Assembly: GCA_963695545.1 (NCBI GenBank) | Contig: OY968796.1 | Location: 2,464,001-2,528,000 of the forward strand | Reading direction: 5' to 3' | Length of the DNA: 64,000 nt | Source of the DNA: Terriglobia bacterium | GTDB taxonomy: Bacteria > Acidobacteriota > Terriglobia > Acidiferrales > UBA7541 | Shown: in pieces, positions 1 to 8,681 of the stretch | How the letters are laid out: every line of letters starts with the position of its first letter | How positions within the stretch are numbered: the first letter of the stretch is position 1 | Position numbers and translations under genes: made by a program | The notes under the pieces: model-generated | What the model saw: the letters and a program-made list of their open reading frames with translations, nothing else | Database searches by the model: none | Told to the model about the DNA's origin: nothing

Positions 1-1
1 G

Positions 2-1060
2 CACGGTTGGCAGAATCTCAAGTTGCAGATCGCAAGGAATGCCGGGCAAGAATACACGCACGTTTGGAGCACGCTCGGTACCTTCCAAAACAATCCGATG
101 GGCATCAATTGGTTCGCCATCGTCTTTGGTTTGGGCTTCGTGGTTTCGTTCGGTTATTGGACCACGGATTTCCTGGTGGTGCAGCGCATCCTCTCAGCCA
201 AGGACATGCGCGCGGCCAAAATGGCGCCGATCATCGGCGCCGGGTTCAAGATGTTTGTGCCGCTCATCGTGATCCTCCCGGGCCTCTTGGGAATCGCGCT
301 CTTGCCCATGAAGCTCATGCCCCAAGTTCTCGCGGATGCCACCGGGGGCCACAGTTACAACGAAGTGTTGCCGCTGATGCTCGCGCGTTACGCGGGCCCC
401 GGCCTGTTGGGTCTCGGGGTGACCGCGCTGATGGCGGGCTTCATGTCCGGCATGGCAGGCAACGTGACCGCATTCTCCACGGTCTGGACCTACGACCTCT
501 ACGGCGCGCTGTTGAAGAAGAATGCCACCGACCGGGAACTCGTCAATATGGGCCGGTGGTGCACGGTCTTGGGCGTGCTGATCAGTGTCGGTACGGCTTA
601 TATTGCCATGGATTTTAAGAGCATAATGGATTACGTCCAAGCGCTGTTCAGCTTTTTCATCGCACCGCTGTTCGGCACTGTGCTCCTCGGAATGCTCTGG
701 AAACGATGCACGGCCGCGGGCGGATTTTGGGGCTTGCTTTTCGGGACGCTCTCTTCCGTGGGAATGTGGGCTTGGGTGAAGGTGGATCCTGCAGCGGTTA
801 AGACGCTCACGTTTTACGGCAATGCGAGCGATATGGCGCAAGACGTCTGGCGCGGTTTGTGGTGTTGGATCGTGTGCGTGGTCGTAACTGTGGTAGTGAG
901 CCTGATGACGCGGCCAAAGCCCGATAGCGAGCTTGTTGGCCTGGTCATGGGCGTGACGCCGATCCCATCGGAAGGCCATCTTGCCCTCTATGAGCGGCCT
1001 ATATTTTGGGCGGCGGTCGTCATGATCGTGCTGATAGCGCTAAACATCTACCTCTGGTGA
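2..1060 (+). CDS. Sodium:solute symporter (SSS family) sugar transporter, 5' end outside the window
   Basis: Many TM helices and SSS motifs (YWTTDFLVVQRILSA, AGFMSGMAGNVTAFSTVWTYDLY, APLFGTVLLGMLWKR). The frame stays open to the window edge. Confidence 0.9.
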   Translation, partial: HGWQNLKLQIARNAGQEYTHVWSTLGTFQNNPMGINWFAIVFGLGFVVSFGYWTTDFLVVQRILSAKDMRAAKMAPIIGAGFKMFVPLIVILPGLLGIALLPMKLMPQVLADATGGHSYNEVLPLMLARYAGPGLLGLGVTALMAGFMSGMAGNVTAFSTVWTYDLYGALLKKNATDRELVNMGRWCTVLGVLISVGTAYIAMDFKSIMDYVQALFSFFIAPLFGTVLLGMLWKRCTAAGGFWGLLFGTLSSVGMWAWVKVDPAAVKTLTFYGNASDMAQDVWRGLWCWIVCVVVTVVVSLMTRPKPDSELVGLVMGVTPIPSEGHLALYERPIFWAAVVMIVLIALNIYLW

Positions 1061-1067
1061 GGAACAC

Positions 1068-1286
1068 ATGAGCGAACGCGAATCCATTTCGATCTGGTAT
1101 TTCATCGGGATTTCGTTGCTGGGCGATGGCCTGCTGACGCTCGGTGCCGGCTTGTGGGAGATATGGCATCACGTGGCGGTGCCCGTGGTACTCTCTGAGT
1201 TCCACGCGAACGCGTGGGGCGGAGCGGTGCTGACGGTCGTCGGCGCCGCCTACTGCTGGTGGTACGCGCCGGGCAGATCTCGATAA
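1068..1286 (+). CDS. Small two-TM membrane protein, possibly an SSS transporter accessory
   Basis: 72 aa with two hydrophobic segments. GAGG RBS, starting 7 nt after the SSS stop. Confidence 0.65.
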   Translation: MSERESISIWYFIGISLLGDGLLTLGAGLWEIWHHVAVPVVLSEFHANAWGGAVLTVVGAAYCWWYAPGRSR

Positions 1287-1352
1287 AGCCGACCGGCAAC
1301 TCTTCGAGCGAAGGCTTCCATTCGCGGAACTGTCGCTGTTCACCTGAGGCAC

Positions 1353-2780
1353 ATGGCAAACAAACAGAAAAAAATGACAATGGGCGTGATCGTGGGGAAT
1401 CGCGGATTTTTCCCGGATCACTTGGCGAAAACTGGGCGCGAAGAAATCCTAGCCGCGCTGGCGAAAGCCGGAATCGACGCCGTATCGTTGGGCGTGGACG
1501 AGAGCCATTACGGTTCCGTGGAAACGCACGAAGAAGCCAAGCGCTGCGCCGCTCTTTTCCGGCGCGAAGCCGCGCGCATCGACGGCGTGATCGTGACGCT
1601 GCCGAATTTCGGCGACGAACGCGCGATCGCGGATACGCTGCGCCTTGCGAATCTCGGCGTGCCGGTGCTCGTGCAAGCCACGCCCGATACGCCCGCCAAG
1701 ATGGGCATCACGCACCGGCGCGACAGCTTCTGCGGCAAAATGTCGGCGTGCAACAACCTGCGGCAGTATGGCATTCCGTATACGCTCACCGCGTCGCACA
1801 CGGTGCGGCCGGATTCGCTCGAGTTTGAAAGCGATCTGGCGACATTTTCCGCGACGTGCCGCGTCGTGAATGGACTCCGCAATCTGCGGATCGGCGCGAT
1901 CGGCGCGCGCCCCACGGCGTTCAACACGGTGCGCTACAGCGAAAAAATTCTGGAGGCGAACGGCATTTCGGTCGAGACGCTCGACCTTTCCGAAGTTTTG
2001 GGGCGCATCGGCCGCATGAAAGACGACGACCCGTCTGCGCTCGCGCGACTTGCGGCGATCAATAAGTATGTTTCGACCGCCGGCGTACCGAAAGAAGCTT
2101 TGATCAAGATGGCCAAGCTTTCCGCGGTGGTCGAGCACTGGATGCATGCGACGGACGTTCAGATCAGCGCGGTGCAATGCTGGACGTCGCTCGAGGAGAA
2201 TTTCGGAGTGGTTCCGTGCACCATGATGAGCATGATGAGCGACGGGCTGATGTCGTCCGCCTGCGAGACGGATGTTTGCGGCACGCTCAGCATGCACATG
2301 CTGCGATTGGCTTCGGAAACTCCCAGCGCGCTGCTCGATTGGAATAACAATTACGGCGATAATCCGGACAAGGCCGTCTGCTTCCATTGCAGCAATTTGC
2401 CCAAACATTTCTTCCGCGACGTGCGCATGGATTTTCAGGAGATTATCGCCGGCACCGTGGGCAAGGAAAATACTTTCGGCACCTGCGTGGGGCGCGTGAA
2501 ATCGGGAGCGATGAGCTTCGCGCGTTTCTCGACCGACGACGTCAAAGGCGTGGTGCGCGGATACGTCGGCACGGGAAAATTCACCGACGATCCGCTCGAA
2601 ACTTTCGGTGGCGCCGGCGTCGTCGAAATTCCCTGGATGCAGAAGCTGCTGCATTACATTTGCGAGAACGGCTTCGAGCATCATGTGGCGGCGAATTTTT
2701 CCACCGTTGACGCCGCCGTGCGCGAGGCCGCGGTGCGCTACCTCGGCTGGGAAACGTATTGGCACAACAGCGCCGATTGA
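1353..2780 (+). CDS. L-fucose/L-arabinose isomerase family protein
   Basis: Motifs NFGDE, RRDSFCGKMS, QCWTSLEE, SACETD, FHCSN and GFEHHVA typical of the FucI/AraA superfamily. Lies directly upstream of araD. Confidence 0.85.
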   Translation: MANKQKKMTMGVIVGNRGFFPDHLAKTGREEILAALAKAGIDAVSLGVDESHYGSVETHEEAKRCAALFRREAARIDGVIVTLPNFGDERAIADTLRLANLGVPVLVQATPDTPAKMGITHRRDSFCGKMSACNNLRQYGIPYTLTASHTVRPDSLEFESDLATFSATCRVVNGLRNLRIGAIGARPTAFNTVRYSEKILEANGISVETLDLSEVLGRIGRMKDDDPSALARLAAINKYVSTAGVPKEALIKMAKLSAVVEHWMHATDVQISAVQCWTSLEENFGVVPCTMMSMMSDGLMSSACETDVCGTLSMHMLRLASETPSALLDWNNNYGDNPDKAVCFHCSNLPKHFFRDVRMDFQEIIAGTVGKENTFGTCVGRVKSGAMSFARFSTDDVKGVVRGYVGTGKFTDDPLETFGGAGVVEIPWMQKLLHYICENGFEHHVAANFSTVDAAVREAAVRYLGWETYWHNSAD

Positions 2781-2819
2781 CGCGTCCCGCGCCGCGGGCG
2801 CCTCGAGAAAAGGAACCTG

Positions 2820-3512
2820 ATGCTCGAAAAGTTGCGCGGCGAAGTTCTCGAAGCCAATCTTTACCTCGCCACCGAGGGCCTGGCGCTTTTCACGTTCGGC
2901 AACGCCAGCGGCATTTCGCGCGAAGAAGGCTTGGTGGTGATCAAGCCGAGCGGCGTGCCCTACGAGACGATGACGCCGGAAGATCTGGTGGTCGTGAATC
3001 TTGACGGCCGCACGGTGGAAGGATCGCTGCGTCCTTCCTCCGATCTTGCCACGCACTTGATTCTTTATCGCGCGTTCGCGGAGATTGGCGGCGTGGCGCA
3101 CACACATTCGCACGCGGCCACTTCCTGGGCGCAGGCGCGAAGACCGATTCCGTGCTTCGGCACCACACACGCCGATTATTTCAATGGGCCCGTGCCTGTC
3201 ACGCGGCCGCTGACGCCCGCCGAAATCAAAAAAGATTACGAAGCCAATACAGGCCATGCCATCGTGCGCGCGTTTAAAAAGCTCGATCCGCTCGAAATAC
3301 CCGCCGTGCTGGTGGCGGGGCACGCGCCATTCTGCTGGGGCCGCACGCCGGCTGCGGCCGTGCACATCGCCGTGGTGCTCGAAGAAATCGCGGACATGGC
3401 TCTGGATACGCTGAGAGCCAATGCGCATGCCCGTCCGCTCGAACGTCCTCTGCACGCCAAACATTTTTACCGCAAGCACGGCACCACCGCGTATTACGGC
3501 CAGAGAAAATAA
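2820..3512 (+). CDS. araD: L-ribulose-5-phosphate 4-epimerase
   Basis: Class II aldolase motifs FTFGNAS, IKPSGV, PSSD, HTHS, GTTHADYF and the AraD-type C-terminus KHFYRKHG..AYYGQ. Confidence 0.93.
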   Translation: MLEKLRGEVLEANLYLATEGLALFTFGNASGISREEGLVVIKPSGVPYETMTPEDLVVVNLDGRTVEGSLRPSSDLATHLILYRAFAEIGGVAHTHSHAATSWAQARRPIPCFGTTHADYFNGPVPVTRPLTPAEIKKDYEANTGHAIVRAFKKLDPLEIPAVLVAGHAPFCWGRTPAAAVHIAVVLEEIADMALDTLRANAHARPLERPLHAKHFYRKHGTTAYYGQRK

Positions 3513-3569
3513 TCGAGGGCCGGCGAATTCCAACCCGCAAAATTCCATGAATAGAAGGGGGCAGCGCCC

Positions 3570-5606
3570 GTGAACTTGCCGAACGCGATTCGAGTTCTGG
3601 GACTGATGTTGTCCATCGCGCTTTCCGTTTTCGCGCAAGCTCCTAACGCCGCGCCGCAAGCCCCTCGCGCGCAAAATTCTACCGGTGGACCTCCGGCCGG
3701 TTTCATGCGAACTGCTCCGGATACGAGCGGGCCGGTGGGTACGTGGTACGTCGACGCGAACGACGCGCGGGTCACAATCGTGATCACTGCCGGCGCTGAC
3801 GCGAAATCCTTCACCGGCACACTCACGGACAATACCGGCGGGACGACGCCGGTTGACAACATCTCCTGGGACGCCGCCGCGCGGCAGATCGAATTTCGCA
3901 CGCGGGACGGCAACGGCGCGTGGTACTGGTGCCGCGCGACCATCGCCGAAGGAGTGCTCGCTGGGCGGTTCTCGAAGAACGAACAATCCGCGGACAAGCC
4001 CGCGCATCTTGAGGATTACAAATTTCACGTGACCGGATGGAACAGCACGTTTCTCGATCACGGGCTTGCTCCGCGTGCGTACGATCTCTTGCTCGACAAC
4101 GAGGCTCACGCCACGCTGCGCATCGACGTTTCCGAAGATGCCACGAGCGGATTTACCGGACGCTTCAAAATCTATGCCACCGAGCACGACGGCGCGCTGG
4201 GCGAACAAGTGGAATACGATGTCGCCGTGACGCACTGGGACGGCACGAATCTGAGTTTCCGGCACACGGAGCCGCTTGCGACGCAAATTTTCACCGGAAC
4301 GGCGAGCGGCGCGACGATTTCCGGCACGTACACCGATACTTCCCGCGCTGGAACATTCACCTGGACCGGCGCGCGCAGCCAAGTGCTCGGCTACGGATTC
4401 AGCATGGGCAAAACCGATCAAGATCGCGCGGCGTGGCAAACGCGGGCGCGGCGGCAACTTTATTTGCTGATGATGGGCGGAAATCCCGCGCCGCTCTCGA
4501 CCAAAGTGACGGTGCTGGCCGCCGATCTTCCGCCGATCGCTTCGACGCACATGAGCCCGGACCGCGACGACAATCCCGCGAAGTGGCCGCAGAATTACAA
4601 AATGTCTGAACTGCAATTCGATTCTACGCTGCCGAATCCATACGGCGGCGCGCCGTTGGAGCGGCGCGCGCACGCGTATCTCGCCGTGCCGACCACGCCG
4701 CCGCCCGCCGGAGGAAAATATCCGGTGGTGATCGCGGTGAACGGTCACGGCGGCAGCGCCTGGCGCATGATGAATCCCGATAGCGTGTGGTACGGCGACG
4801 CGTTCGCGCGGCGCGGGTTCGTGGTGCTCGCGCTCGATATCGGTCATCGACCGATCGGCGATCGGCAGGCGCCCTACATGTCGCAGCCGCTGTATCCCGA
4901 TCGCAATGCCGGCGACGATCCCGCGCACGGCAACGGCTTTCATCCTTCGATCAAAGCCGCCGGCTTCGATTCCGATTGGGAAGAAGACGGCGAACGTGTG
5001 TGGGACGCGATGCGCGCGCTCGACTATGTGCTCTCGCTGCCGAACGTCGATAGCACGCGCGTGATCGTGGTGGGCCATTCGATGGGCGGGGAAGTGGCTT
5101 CATTGATAGGCGCGCTCGAGCCGCGCATCAGCATGAGCATTCCCGCAAGTTTTTCGCCCGATCTCGGCGTGCTTTATTACCACGGCAATCACCCGTGCTG
5201 GCGCTGGATGAACGCCAACATTCGCGAGTACGTTGACGCCTCCGATTTTTTCGCGCTGACCGCGCCGCGGCCGTTGATCGTGGAGACGGGGCAAGCAGAT
5301 CCGACGTATTCGCGATTTCCCGAGCCGTTCGCATCCGATCTTGAAGTGATGCGCCGCGCGCGCGTGGCTTACGGCGGGGAAGTCGGCAACGTGATTCACT
5401 ACATGCACTACGATCAGCATCGCTTTCACGTCGGCGACATAAATCCGACGCAGCCCACCGAGTGGGGAATCCGCATCCCCGAAGGCATCGCGCCGACCGC
5501 GCCCGATTCCATCGAGTGGCAAGTGGACCCGCGCCGATTTGCAACGCGCGCGACGCTGTTCGATGCCATCGACTATTTCCTCGATATGAAGAGTGTGTCT
5601 CCGTAG
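3570..5606 (+). CDS. Secreted alpha/beta-hydrolase (putative carbohydrate esterase) with an N-terminal beta-rich region
   Basis: Signal peptide (..SVFAQ), YPVVIAVNGHGG, nucleophile elbow GHSMGG, and ALTAPRPLIV. Confidence 0.75.
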   Translation: MNLPNAIRVLGLMLSIALSVFAQAPNAAPQAPRAQNSTGGPPAGFMRTAPDTSGPVGTWYVDANDARVTIVITAGADAKSFTGTLTDNTGGTTPVDNISWDAAARQIEFRTRDGNGAWYWCRATIAEGVLAGRFSKNEQSADKPAHLEDYKFHVTGWNSTFLDHGLAPRAYDLLLDNEAHATLRIDVSEDATSGFTGRFKIYATEHDGALGEQVEYDVAVTHWDGTNLSFRHTEPLATQIFTGTASGATISGTYTDTSRAGTFTWTGARSQVLGYGFSMGKTDQDRAAWQTRARRQLYLLMMGGNPAPLSTKVTVLAADLPPIASTHMSPDRDDNPAKWPQNYKMSELQFDSTLPNPYGGAPLERRAHAYLAVPTTPPPAGGKYPVVIAVNGHGGSAWRMMNPDSVWYGDAFARRGFVVLALDIGHRPIGDRQAPYMSQPLYPDRNAGDDPAHGNGFHPSIKAAGFDSDWEEDGERVWDAMRALDYVLSLPNVDSTRVIVVGHSMGGEVASLIGALEPRISMSIPASFSPDLGVLYYHGNHPCWRWMNANIREYVDASDFFALTAPRPLIVETGQADPTYSRFPEPFASDLEVMRRARVAYGGEVGNVIHYMHYDQHRFHVGDINPTQPTEWGIRIPEGIAPTAPDSIEWQVDPRRFATRATLFDAIDYFLDMKSVSP

Positions 5607-5676
5607 TGCCAGTTGCTTCAGTTATTCGGCGAAGGATTCCCGCGATTCGGCTAGAATAGCGACAGCGGAGGGCACG

Positions 5677-5898
5677 ATGGCTCACAGCTATACGGTGATT
5701 TTTGAAAAAGAAGTTGAAGGCGGCTATCACGTTTTTTGCCCAACCTTGCCGGGATGCCATACCCAAAGCGAAGCCATCGAAGAAGGCATCCAGAACATCC
5801 GGGAGGCCATCGAACTGTACGTCCAAACTTTGGTCGAAGACGGCCTGCCGATTCCCACCGAAGACATCCTGATTAAGCCGATTGAGATTCCTGCGTGA
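5677..5898 (+). CDS. hicB: HicB family antitoxin (short form, no C-terminal DNA-binding domain)
   Basis: MAHSYTVIFEKEVEGGYHVFCPTLPGCHTQ..IREAIELY matches the HicB partial RNase H fold. GGAGGG RBS before ATG 5677. Confidence 0.88.
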   Translation: MAHSYTVIFEKEVEGGYHVFCPTLPGCHTQSEAIEEGIQNIREAIELYVQTLVEDGLPIPTEDILIKPIEIPA

Positions 5899-6122
5899 CG
5901 CCGAAGCTTCCGCCGGTCATCGCTAAATAACTTGTTCGCGTGGCCGAACGGCTGGGTTTTGTCTTCAGACGACAACGCGGAAGCCACGCAATTTACGTTC
6001 GAGCGAGCGATCAGGCTCGTATCGTGATTCCAATGCATAGCGGAGAATTGAAGCGCAAAACGCTGCGCGCGATCATTCAGGATCTACGAGTCAGCGTCGA
6101 AGAATTCCGCCGGATTCTTTGA
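5895..6122 (+). pseudogene. hicA: HicA family toxin with an in-frame TAA at codon 12
   Basis: GTG 5895 overlaps the hicB stop (GTGA). It reads MTPKLPPVIAK*LVRVAERLGFVFRRQRGSHAIY..IVIPMH..LKRKTLRAII, with TAA at 5928-5930. Confidence 0.82.
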
Positions 6123-6327
6123 CTTTCGATCCGCGCTCCTCAGCAGCCTCTCCGCTGTCAGGCCAAAGTTGCGGTTAGCGAGGTATTACCCCCGGTACCG
6201 GTAGGCTGGGATGACGTGTTTCGACACGGTTCTTACTCCGTTCGCTGTATGGTCTCGGGCGGCGCGTTTCCGTAACTTGGAGTTTGGAAAGCTCGTTTGA
6301 ATTTTTCGAGCGAGGAGGTCCAGACTC

Positions 6328-6519
6328 ATGCCGCTAATTCAAATCGTGGGGATTCTGATCGTGGTGGGTGTGATTCTTTGGCTGATCAACCGATTCATAC
6401 CGATGCAGGGAACGATCAAATCTATTTTGAACGGCGTCGTGGTGATTGTGGTGGTGTTGTGGCTGCTAAATGTGTTTGGGCTTTTCAGTTCCTTCTCTCA
6501 CATTCGCATTGGCGGGTGA
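6328..6519 (+). CDS. Small membrane protein, Thivi_2564-like family
   Basis: 63 aa, two TM helices, pattern LIVVGVILWLINRFIPM..IKSILN..VVLWLL. GAGGAGG RBS. Confidence 0.8.
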   Translation: MPLIQIVGILIVVGVILWLINRFIPMQGTIKSILNGVVVIVVVLWLLNVFGLFSSFSHIRIGG

Positions 6520-6545
6520 ATCGCGCGACCGCGAGCGGCGCTCGA

Positions 6546-7574
6546 TTAGCGCGGGACGGTAACGCGCGTGCGGCTGCGGGCGGCGGCGTAGATGGCTTCG
6601 ACCAGGGCGGTGCTGCGGCGGCCTTCCCGGCCGTCGCAGGCGGGCTTGCGGTGGTCGCGGATGGCGCACAAGAAATCTTCGAGCGCGGCTTTGTGGCCGC
6701 GAATGTCGCTGACCGTGGGCGATGCGGCGCAGGGATTTTGATCGCCGCTTTCGGTGCGGATCAGCGATGGGTCGGGCGTGTGCAGATCGGCGCGCACGAG
6801 CAAATCCTGTTCGATCGCGAGCGTGCCGGCCGAGCCGCTTAGTTCCACTTGGCGCGGATAACCGGGATAGACCGACGTGGTGGCGATCAGGGTGCCGAAC
6901 GCGCCGTTTGCGAATTCGAGGAGCGCGACGAGCGTGTCTTCGGATTCGATTTTGTGCAGCTTCGCGGCCATCTCAGCTTGCACGGCGGTTACGTCGCCCC
7001 ACATCCACAACAGCAAATCCACCGTGTGCACGCCTTGATTCATCAGCGCGCCGCCGCCATCGAGCGCGGTCGTGCCGCGCCATTTTGAGCCGGCGTAATA
7101 TTCCGGCGGCCGCCACCATTTCACGCGGGCTTCGGCGAGGATGGGCTTGCCAAGAATTCCGGCGTCGAGCAGGGATTTCAGGCGGCGCAGATCGGGCTTG
7201 AAGCGGTCCTGAAAGAAAACGCCGAGGCGCACGTCGGCTCGATCGCACGCGGCGATCAGCGCGTCGGCGCGGGCGGTCGAGATATCGATCGGTTTTTCGG
7301 TGAGCACGTGCAGGCCGGCGCGCGCGGCGGCGATGCCTTGTTCGGCATGCTGCCCGGATGGGCTGCCGATGGCGACCATCTCCATCGGGCGATGCGCGAG
7401 GAACGCGGCGAAATCGGTGTAGGGCGTGCCGCCGTGGGCTTTTGCGAGGCGCTCGATTTTTTCGCGATTGCTGCCGTAGATCGCGGCGATTTCAACGCCG
7501 GGAATGGCGACCGCCGCGCGCGCGTGAGTTTCGGAGATGTTGCCGCCGCCGATGATGCCGATATGCGTGGTCAT
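6546..7574 (-). CDS. Gfo/Idh/MocA family oxidoreductase (cytoplasmic)
   Basis: GIIGGGNI Rossmann motif, HVLTEKP, GGGALMNQGVHTVD. Likely start MTTHIG. Confidence 0.9.
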   Translation of the reverse strand: MTTHIGIIGGGNISETHARAAVAIPGVEIAAIYGSNREKIERLAKAHGGTPYTDFAAFLAHRPMEMVAIGSPSGQHAEQGIAAARAGLHVLTEKPIDISTARADALIAACDRADVRLGVFFQDRFKPDLRRLKSLLDAGILGKPILAEARVKWWRPPEYYAGSKWRGTTALDGGGALMNQGVHTVDLLLWMWGDVTAVQAEMAAKLHKIESEDTLVALLEFANGAFGTLIATTSVYPGYPRQVELSGSAGTLAIEQDLLVRADLHTPDPSLIRTESGDQNPCAASPTVSDIRGHKAALEDFLCAIRDHRKPACDGREGRRSTALVEAIYAAARSRTRVTVPR

Positions 7575-7601
7575 AGAAGCGTGATTATAGTCGAGCGGCA
7601 A

Positions 7602-8678
7602 TCAGGGATAATCGGCCAAGAATCCCTGATAAGCCTTTTCGATTTCGGCGGGCGCGGCGGTTTTGGAAAGAATCAGCACGCGGTAGCGGAACGTCACGAC
7701 TTGATGCGGCTGCATGGTGTAGTTCAGCGTTTGCTTGCCGCCGGTGAAATCTTTCACGCCAAATGGATTCGCGGCGAATAGGCCGTAGCCGCGGGCGTGC
7801 CAGTAGGTGGGCGAATTGGGATTTTGCGGATCGTCGAAAATCGCGATGGTCACGGGTTCGGCACCGATCTTGCCGGTGAGGATACACCAGCGGCCGCGCG
7901 TGGCCCAGGCGGCGTCTCCGGATTTGCCTTCGCTCGTGAGGTAATTTCCGGTGACGATGGAATTGTCCATCGGAGGAACTTTGGTGACGTTGCCGTTCGC
8001 GTCGGTGAAGATGCCGGGTTCGGTGGAGGGCATCTCGAGTTCGCGGCGCACGCGCATGCCGAGCAGGCCGTCTTTATTGTCGCCGAACACCACGGTTTTA
8101 TCCTGCGCTTCGAGCGTGGCGATCAAGTCGACGCTGCGGAAATCGGCGCCGCCGCGGAAGACGTATTTCGTGTCTTGCTTGAGCAGCGTGGTGCCATCGG
8201 GAATTACCCAATCCGATTTTGTTTCCAGCACTCCTTTTTCGGGGCCGCTTTTCGTGGCGACAATGGCGCGCTCGTAGATCGTTCCATATTTCGGGCGATC
8301 CTCGGGCTTGATGGCGTCGGAATTGTTCCAGAAATCGTAGCCGTTCACGTTGCTGTAGTTGAACCACAGGCCAACGTGATGCGGATGATCGGCGCGCTCG
8401 CCGGGGCCCGGCGGAAAACCGCGCGTGATGATGGTGCCCTGCGCGGTGCGCAGCGGGAAGAGCACGGGCTTTTTGATCGTGGTGGGATAAATGTAGCTGG
8501 TGAAGGGCTGGCCATCGATCAGGATGTCCACGCGCTGATTTGCGTCGTCGCGCACGACTTGGACGCCAGTGGCGTCGTCAGGCGCGGCCGGCGCGCGCGC
8601 GCCGGCGAAGAGAGCCGCAGCGAGAAAAATGGGCATGGTGAATTTCACCGCACGAGAAATTATCTTTGATCTGCTCAC
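7602..8678 (-). CDS. Secreted DUF6807 ('PmoA family') protein
   Basis: Signal peptide, KKPVLFPL, ITRGFP, DHPHHVGLWF, WHARGYGLFAANPFG. True start may be ATG 8636. Confidence 0.8.
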   Translation of the reverse strand: MSRSKIISRAVKFTMPIFLAAALFAGARAPAAPDDATGVQVVRDDANQRVDILIDGQPFTSYIYPTTIKKPVLFPLRTAQGTIITRGFPPGPGERADHPHHVGLWFNYSNVNGYDFWNNSDAIKPEDRPKYGTIYERAIVATKSGPEKGVLETKSDWVIPDGTTLLKQDTKYVFRGGADFRSVDLIATLEAQDKTVVFGDNKDGLLGMRVRRELEMPSTEPGIFTDANGNVTKVPPMDNSIVTGNYLTSEGKSGDAAWATRGRWCILTGKIGAEPVTIAIFDDPQNPNSPTYWHARGYGLFAANPFGVKDFTGGKQTLNYTMQPHQVVTFRYRVLILSKTAAPAEIEKAYQGFLADYP

Positions 8679-8681
8679 GCG

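Noticed and set aside
1449..5078. 1209-aa minus-strand ORF
   Set aside because: Antisense shadow of three well-supported plus-strand genes. Arg/Ala/His-rich with no motifs, as expected in high-GC DNA.
6123..6327. Palindrome CCGGTACCGG and hairpin CGTGT-TTCG-ACACG as an ncRNA or TA-associated element
   Set aside because: Short, single-copy, and compatible with chance.
7602..8678. Methane monooxygenase subunit (from the 'PmoA' family label)
   Set aside because: A soluble secreted beta-rich protein without pMMO TM helices, and no pmoB or pmoC nearby. The family name is a misnomer here.
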